From Methanobacteriota archaeon (GTDB taxonomy: Archaea > JAADCQ01 > Methanopyri > Methanopyrales > Methanopyraceae), in contig JAMOPY010000004.1 in the NCBI GenBank assembly GCA_027064305.1, positions 1-21,796 on the forward strand: DNA of 21,796 nt, written 5' to 3'. The position numbers were made by a program, and so were the translations under genes. This document shows positions 16,917 to 21,796 of this stretch, in pieces. The notes under the pieces were generated by a model, which was given only the letters and a program-made list of their open reading frames with translations, searched no databases and was not told the DNA's origin. Position 1 is the first letter of the stretch. Each line of letters opens with the position of its first letter.

Positions 16917-17375
16917 CTACCCCGCCCCGTACAGGTACCGATCCAGCAGCGCCTTCGGGTACCCCACGTACGGGATCCGCAGCACCACCTTCCCGCTGAT
17001 GTACTTCGGCGGCACCGGCGACCACGGGTCCGGCAGCGGGTTGTTGTCCCCCTTCGTGACCACGCCCCGAGGCGTCTTCGCGATCACCCGGTGCACGATC
17101 GGCACCGACCGGCCCGGCAACCGGTACACCACCACGTCCCCCCGGCGGATCTCGCCGTACGGCACGCCCACGACCACCAGCACGTCACCCACGTTGTAGT
17201 ACGGGTACATGCTCTCCGAGATCACCGTCACCACCGGGTCCGGCGTGCCCAGGACGAACCCCAGCCCGTACCGGAGCCCGTACCCCAGCGCCACGCCGAG
17301 GACCACGTACACGACCGCGGCCCTCCACCCGCTCAGCGACCGAAACCACCGGATCGCGCGCCTCAACCCCGTCAA
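16917..17375 (-). CDS. Archaeal signal peptidase I (S26B, Sec11-like)
   Basis: N-terminal TM helix, VISESMYP (Ser), IVHRV (His), TKGDNN and IPYVGY. Confidence 0.93.
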   Translation of the reverse strand: MTGLRRAIRWFRSLSGWRAAVVYVVLGVALGYGLRYGLGFVLGTPDPVVTVISESMYPYYNVGDVLVVVGVPYGEIRRGDVVVYRLPGRSVPIVHRVIAKTPRGVVTKGDNNPLPDPWSPVPPKYISGKVVLRIPYVGYPKALLDRYLYGAG

Positions 17376-17498
17376 CCCTGAACCACCCCACCGGGCGCCG
17401 TCCCCGACCGAGAAATAGGTACCGGGGACCGCCCCCTCCGCATCCGACCCGACGGCAGAAATTAGCCCGAGTTACGGTCGACTAAACCGGGGCTGACC

Positions 17499-18983
17499 TT
17501 GACCGCAATCATGTTCGTGGGGACCTGCTCCAACTCCGGTAAGTCCTTCCTCACCGCCGCCCTATGCGCCTACCTGCGCCGGCGCGGGGTGGACGTGGCC
17601 CCGTTCAAGTCCCAAAACATGTCACTGAACTCCTACGTCGCCCGGGAGGGCGGGGAGATCGCCGTCGCCCAGGCCTTCCAGGCCCGCATGGCCGGGCTGG
17701 ACCCCTCGATCCACCACAACCCGGTGCTGCTCAAGCCCCGCGGCGAGCGCCGCTCCGAGGTCATCGTGCACGGCCGCCCCCTGGACACCATGACGTACGA
17801 CGAGTACCGCCGGATCGCCCTGGACGAGCCCTGGGAGGCCGTGCAGGAATCGGCGGAGCGACTCACCGAGGAGCACGAGGTCATCGTGGCGGAGGGCGCC
17901 GGCTCGCCGGCCGAGATCAACGTCCTCGACACCGACATCGCGAACCTGCGCGTGGCGGAGCTTCTGGACGCGGACGTGGTGCTCGTCGCCGACATCAGCC
18001 GGGGCGGGGCATTCGCCGCCGTTTACGGGACGATCAAACTCCTCCCCGAGCGCTGGCGCCGGCTCATCAAGGGCTTCCTGTTCAACAAGTTCCGGGGCGA
18101 CGAGTCCCTCCTGAAGCCCGGGATCCGCGAGCTCGAACGCCGGCTCAACGTCCGGTACCTGGGCACCCTCGGATTCGTCGAGGACTTCTGGATGCCCTGG
18201 GAGGACTCCGAGGCCCTGGACGCCCACTCCCCCGGCCGCGGCACCGTGCACGTGGCCGTCGTCCGACTCCCCCGCATCGCCAACTTCACCGACTTCGAAC
18301 CCCTGGCCATGGAACCCGACGTCCGCGTCGAGTTCGTGGACCCCCGCGACTCCCTACCCGAGGGGGCGGACGCCGTCATCCTCCCCGGCACCCGCACCAC
18401 GGTCTCCGACCTGGAGGAGCTCCGCCGGCACGGCATGGACGAGGAGATCGTCCGAGCCGCCCGGGAGGGCACCGTCGTCCTCGGCGTGTGCGGCGGTTAC
18501 CAGATGCTAGGCCGGAAGCTGATCGACGAGGCGGGGGCCGAGCTGGACGAGGGCGAGTCCGTGCCCGGGCTGGGCCTGCTCAACGCGACCACGGTCTTCC
18601 CCGCCGACGCAACTAAGGTCACCGTGCGGGCCCGCGGGCGCGTCCTGCACCCCCGGCTGCGGGGCATCGAGGTGGAAGGATTCGAGATACACGAGGGCCG
18701 CACCCGAACCCGGGATCCGGCCTTCCTCCGGGTCCGCGACGGGTACGGGAACGACGGCTCGGGCGTCGACGGCGCGTACCGCACGGACCCCCCGGTGCTC
18801 GGTACGTACCTCCACGGGATCTTCTTCAACCGGCGGTTCCGGCACGCCTTCCTGCGGTGGATCTCGGGCGGGGAGTGGCGCCCCCCGGGGTACGACGCGG
18901 TGCGGCGGGCTTTCCTCAGGAACCTGGACCGGGCCGAGGAGATCATGGAGTCCACCTCCATCCCGGAGCTCCTCGGGGTGTGA
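17499..18983 (+). CDS. cobQ: Cobyric acid synthase
   Basis: GTCSNSGKS, PFKSQNMSLNS, EGAGSPAEIN, NKFRGD, IANFTDF, GVCGGYQMLG and GTYLHG. Confidence 0.97.
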   Translation: MTAIMFVGTCSNSGKSFLTAALCAYLRRRGVDVAPFKSQNMSLNSYVAREGGEIAVAQAFQARMAGLDPSIHHNPVLLKPRGERRSEVIVHGRPLDTMTYDEYRRIALDEPWEAVQESAERLTEEHEVIVAEGAGSPAEINVLDTDIANLRVAELLDADVVLVADISRGGAFAAVYGTIKLLPERWRRLIKGFLFNKFRGDESLLKPGIRELERRLNVRYLGTLGFVEDFWMPWEDSEALDAHSPGRGTVHVAVVRLPRIANFTDFEPLAMEPDVRVEFVDPRDSLPEGADAVILPGTRTTVSDLEELRRHGMDEEIVRAAREGTVVLGVCGGYQMLGRKLIDEAGAELDEGESVPGLGLLNATTVFPADATKVTVRARGRVLHPRLRGIEVEGFEIHEGRTRTRDPAFLRVRDGYGNDGSGVDGAYRTDPPVLGTYLHGIFFNRRFRHAFLRWISGGEWRPPGYDAVRRAFLRNLDRAEEIMESTSIPELLGV

Positions 18984-18986
18984 CGC

Positions 18987-19568
18987 TTGGACCTGGACCG
19001 GCTGAAGGCCACCGTCTTCGAGCGCGTGACCCGGCCGATCGAGCCCAAGGACGCGGGGCTGATCGCGGAGCGTCTCGGCCTGCTCCCCGGGCACCGCGTG
19101 TTCGAGGCGGGCGTCGGATCCGGGTTCCTCACGGCCTCCCTGGCCCGGATCGTGTACCCGGAGGGTGAGGTGGTGGGGGTGGAGATCGACGGGGACCGGC
19201 TGGAGCGGGCGCGCCGGAACCTCCGACGACTGGGCCGCGTCTACGAGGAGAGCGTCAAGCTGCGGCGCGGGGACGCCCGGGAGTTCCTGGAGAACGAGGA
19301 GGACGAGTTCGACGCGCTGGTCCTCGACCTACCTCAGCCCGAGGAGGTGCTTCGGGTGGGCCTCGACCGGCTCGGCCCCGGGGGGAAGGTGGCCGTGTTC
19401 TGCCCGTTCTACGAGCAGGTGAGGAGGGTGTGGGAGGCGCTGGAGGACCGGTGCTCGTGGCTGGAGGCCGTGGAGCTGATCGAGCGGGAGGTGCGGGTGG
19501 AGCCGAGGGGCACCCGACCGGGTCGAACCCGCGGCCACACGGGCTTCCTGGTGTTCGGTCGCGCCTAG
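18987..19568 (+). CDS. TrmI/GCD14-like SAM-dependent tRNA (adenine-N1) methyltransferase, catalytic domain only
   Basis: PKDAGLI, EAGVGSGFLT, LVLDLPQP, FCPFYEQV, ELIERE and GTRP...GHTGFLVFGR; only 193 aa. Confidence 0.85.
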   Translation: MDLDRLKATVFERVTRPIEPKDAGLIAERLGLLPGHRVFEAGVGSGFLTASLARIVYPEGEVVGVEIDGDRLERARRNLRRLGRVYEESVKLRRGDAREFLENEEDEFDALVLDLPQPEEVLRVGLDRLGPGGKVAVFCPFYEQVRRVWEALEDRCSWLEAVELIEREVRVEPRGTRPGRTRGHTGFLVFGRA

Positions 19569-20362
19569 GAGAGTCCTAAGAACTCCAGCACCTCGCGCTC
19601 GCCCATCGGCTCCGGCACGGTGCCCCGGGCCCGCAGCATCCGGTCCGCCAGCTCCCGGAACCGGTCCGCCGCCTCGGAGTCCGGGAACGCCCGGATCACG
19701 GTCCTCCGCCGCGCCTCCGCCTCCCGCACCTCCCGCAGGAAGGGCAGGTCGTAGACCAGCTCGGCGCGAACCCGCTCGCAGAACTCCCGCACGCGGTCGG
19801 GATCGGACTCCTCCACGCGCCGGTTGTGCACGACCCCGCCCAGCCTCGCCCCGCCCCGGCGCGCGTACTCCGCCACCCCCACGCAGATGTTGTTCGCCGC
19901 GTACAGGGCCATCGGCTCGCTGGACGTGACGACGAACACGCGGTCCGCGAACCCCCGGCGGATCGGCAGCGCGAACCCCCCGCACACGACGTCACCCAGC
20001 ACGTCGAAGATGACCACGTCCACCCCCTCGAAGGCCCCCCACCGGTCCAGCAGCTCCAGCGCCTTCAGCACGCCCCGGCCCGCGCACCCGACGCCCGGCT
20101 TCGGTCCCCCGGACTCCACGCAGCGCACCCCGAAGTCGCCCTCGAAGATCACGTCCTCCGCGGACAGGTCCTCCCCCTTCCTCCGGTACTCGCCCATCAC
20201 CGTGGGGATCAACCGACCCGTGAGCAGGAGCGTGGAGTCGGCCTTGGGGTCGCATCCGACGAGCATCACGTCCAGACCCTCCTCCGCCAGCGCCGCGGCC
20301 ACGTTCGCCGCGATGGTGGACTTCCCGATCCCACCCTTGCCGTAGACGGCCAGCTTTTTCAA
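19565..20362 (-). CDS. NifH-like ATP-dependent reductase (CfbC of F430 synthesis or a paralog)
   Basis: YGKGGIGKST, GCDPKADST, ESGGPKPGVGCAGRG, DVLGDVVCGGF and ALYAANNI. Start placed at TTG 20362 (MKKLAVY). Confidence 0.92.
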   Translation of the reverse strand: MKKLAVYGKGGIGKSTIAANVAAALAEEGLDVMLVGCDPKADSTLLLTGRLIPTVMGEYRRKGEDLSAEDVIFEGDFGVRCVESGGPKPGVGCAGRGVLKALELLDRWGAFEGVDVVIFDVLGDVVCGGFALPIRRGFADRVFVVTSSEPMALYAANNICVGVAEYARRGGARLGGVVHNRRVEESDPDRVREFCERVRAELVYDLPFLREVREAEARRRTVIRAFPDSEAADRFRELADRMLRARGTVPEPMGEREVLEFLGLS

Positions 20363-20384
20363 CGCGCATCGACCCCGGACCAGG

Positions 20385-21197
20385 GTGTCCGGGTTGCGAC
20401 GGACGCTCGCGATCGTGATCGTCGCGGTCATCGCGACGGCGACCGGCGGCTCGTACCACGAGGTCAACTACGGTAGAGGATACGTGGAACACCCCGTGGT
20501 AACCTTCGGTGAGACGACCTGGCGGCACGCGACCGACCGGGCCGTCCGGTTGTTCCGATCGGTGGGCGTGGACGTGTCCGGCGCCCGGCGCGAGGTGGTG
20601 ACGGCGGAGGAGACCAACCGGGTCGCCGCCGAGATCACGGGTCGCCGGTACACCCCGGGGGAGATCTACAGCTGCGCGGCCGTGACCCCTTACGATCGAC
20701 CACCCAGGACGTACCGGGAGGTTCAAGGTTACCGGATCTACGTCGGACCCGAGATCACGGTGTGCCGCCCCGAGACCTACGCGGAGGCGCTGGCCTCGAT
20801 CGGGGCGCCCCCGTGCTCGATCACCGTGAGAAGCCCCGTGCGGGCCACGGGCGAGGCCGCGCTGGCCGGCGTGCACAAGGCGCTCCGCCGGGCGGGCGTG
20901 CATGTCTCCGACCGGGACGCCCGGTTCTCCCAGGCCGTGCTGGAGGCCGTGAAGTCCGCCGGGAACGACGCCCGCAGGCGGGCGGCCGCCGCGACCGTGG
21001 TGGCCGTGTGCGTGCTTTGGGGCGAGGACGACCCGAACCGGGCGGCCGAGGTGCAGCGCCGGGTGGAGCGGGCCTACGGGGTGAGGTTACCGCCGGACAC
21101 CGCGGTCAACGCGGCCCGGGCCGCCCGGCTGGCCCGGGAGGGGGCCGGCTACTCCCGTTGGTGGCTGCTCAAGCGGATCCTGGAGTACTGGCTCTGA
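20385..21197 (+). CDS. Secreted DUF1002 (YpuA-like) family protein
   Basis: Signal peptide (RRTLAIVIVAVIA), then VVTFG, VVTAEE, TYAEALASIG and SPVRATGEAALAGVHKA, resembling DUF1002. Confidence 0.78.
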   Translation: MSGLRRTLAIVIVAVIATATGGSYHEVNYGRGYVEHPVVTFGETTWRHATDRAVRLFRSVGVDVSGARREVVTAEETNRVAAEITGRRYTPGEIYSCAAVTPYDRPPRTYREVQGYRIYVGPEITVCRPETYAEALASIGAPPCSITVRSPVRATGEAALAGVHKALRRAGVHVSDRDARFSQAVLEAVKSAGNDARRRAAAATVVAVCVLWGEDDPNRAAEVQRRVERAYGVRLPPDTAVNAARAARLAREGAGYSRWWLLKRILEYWL

Positions 21198-21209
21198 GGG
21201 GGAAGCGGC

Positions 21210-21796
21210 GTGCCCCGGTACGAGCCCCCGATCCCGGAGCTCCGGCTGGACCCGGGGCGCGAGGTGGAGCGGGTGACCGGGTTCATCCGACGGGTGTTCG
21301 AGGAGGCGGGACGGGACACCGCCGTGATCGGGTTGAGCGGTGGGGTGGACTCCGCGACCGCCCTGGGGCTGACCGTGGAGGCGCTGGGCGAGGACCGAGT
21401 CGTCGCGCTGATCCTCCCCGAGCGCGACACGCCGGAATCGGACGTGGAGGACGCGGTCCGAACGGCGGAGCGGTTCGGCGTGGAGTACCACGTGCACGAC
21501 ATCACCCGGGTGCTGGAGGCGTTCGGTGCGGGCTCCTACGTGCCGTGTCGACCGTTCAACCGGGCCGCCGACGCCAACCTCAAGGCCCGGGTGAGGATGT
21601 GCGTGCTCTACTACTTCGCCAACGAGCTGGGCGGGCTGGTCGTCGGGACGGGGAACCGGACGGAGTGGCTCACCGGGTACTTCACGCTGCACGGGGACGG
21701 GGCCTGCGACCTGGCCCCGATCCGGCACCTCTACAAGACGCAGGTGTACCTGGTGGCGGACCACCTGGGGGTTCCGAGGAGGATCGTCGAGGAGAA
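21210..21796 (+). CDS. nadE: NH3-dependent NAD+ synthetase, 3'-truncated by the window edge (absent from the ORF track)
   Basis: Manual translation from GTG 21210 gives AVIGLSGGVDSA, ANLKARVRM, VVGTGNRTE, GYFTLHGDG and PIRHLYKTQV. Confidence 0.95.
   Translation, partial: MPRYEPPIPELRLDPGREVERVTGFIRRVFEEAGRDTAVIGLSGGVDSATALGLTVEALGEDRVVALILPERDTPESDVEDAVRTAERFGVEYHVHDITRVLEAFGAGSYVPCRPFNRAADANLKARVRMCVLYYFANELGGLVVGTGNRTEWLTGYFTLHGDGACDLAPIRHLYKTQVYLVADHLGVPRRIVEE

Noticed and set aside
17376-17498. tRNA or C/D-box sRNA in the larger intergenic gaps
   Set aside because: No cloverleaf or T-loop, and no RUGAUGA/CUGA pair seen by eye; a covariance-model search would be needed to exclude them.
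20363-20467. 35-aa N-terminal extension of the NifH-like ORF in the ORF track
   Set aside because: It overlaps the divergent secreted-protein gene; family homology begins at KKLAVYGKGG after TTG 20362.

Overview
GC-rich archaeal chromosomal window, most consistent with a Methanopyrus-like hyperthermophilic methanogen (inferred from the 13-hairpin c-subunit, acidic proteins and many TTG/GTG starts). 1-8431 is the A1AO ATP synthase operon (I partial, K, E, C, F, A), which ends at A with no B or D. Subunit K is one polypeptide of 13 c-hairpins. The rest is housekeeping: trmY, an orphan, an MTH1187-family protein, a TIM-barrel isomerase-like protein, an aminotransferase with an ACD-beta-like ATP-grasp gene, an HTH-ACT regulator, trm10, a radical SAM enzyme, NUDIX, a membrane orphan, an OB-fold protein, PCNA, signal peptidase I, cobQ, an N-terminally short trmI-like gene, a NifH/CfbC-like ATPase, a DUF1002-like secreted protein and a partial nadE. 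I see no CRISPR array, tRNA, rRNA or transposase. The most notable signals are (i) a 23-bp palindromic element in inverted orientation on both sides of trmY, right where the ATPase operon breaks, and (ii) a periodic Gln-to-Arg change in the ion-site motif of c-ring hairpins 6, 9 and 12. All calls come from reading motifs by eye; no searches were run.
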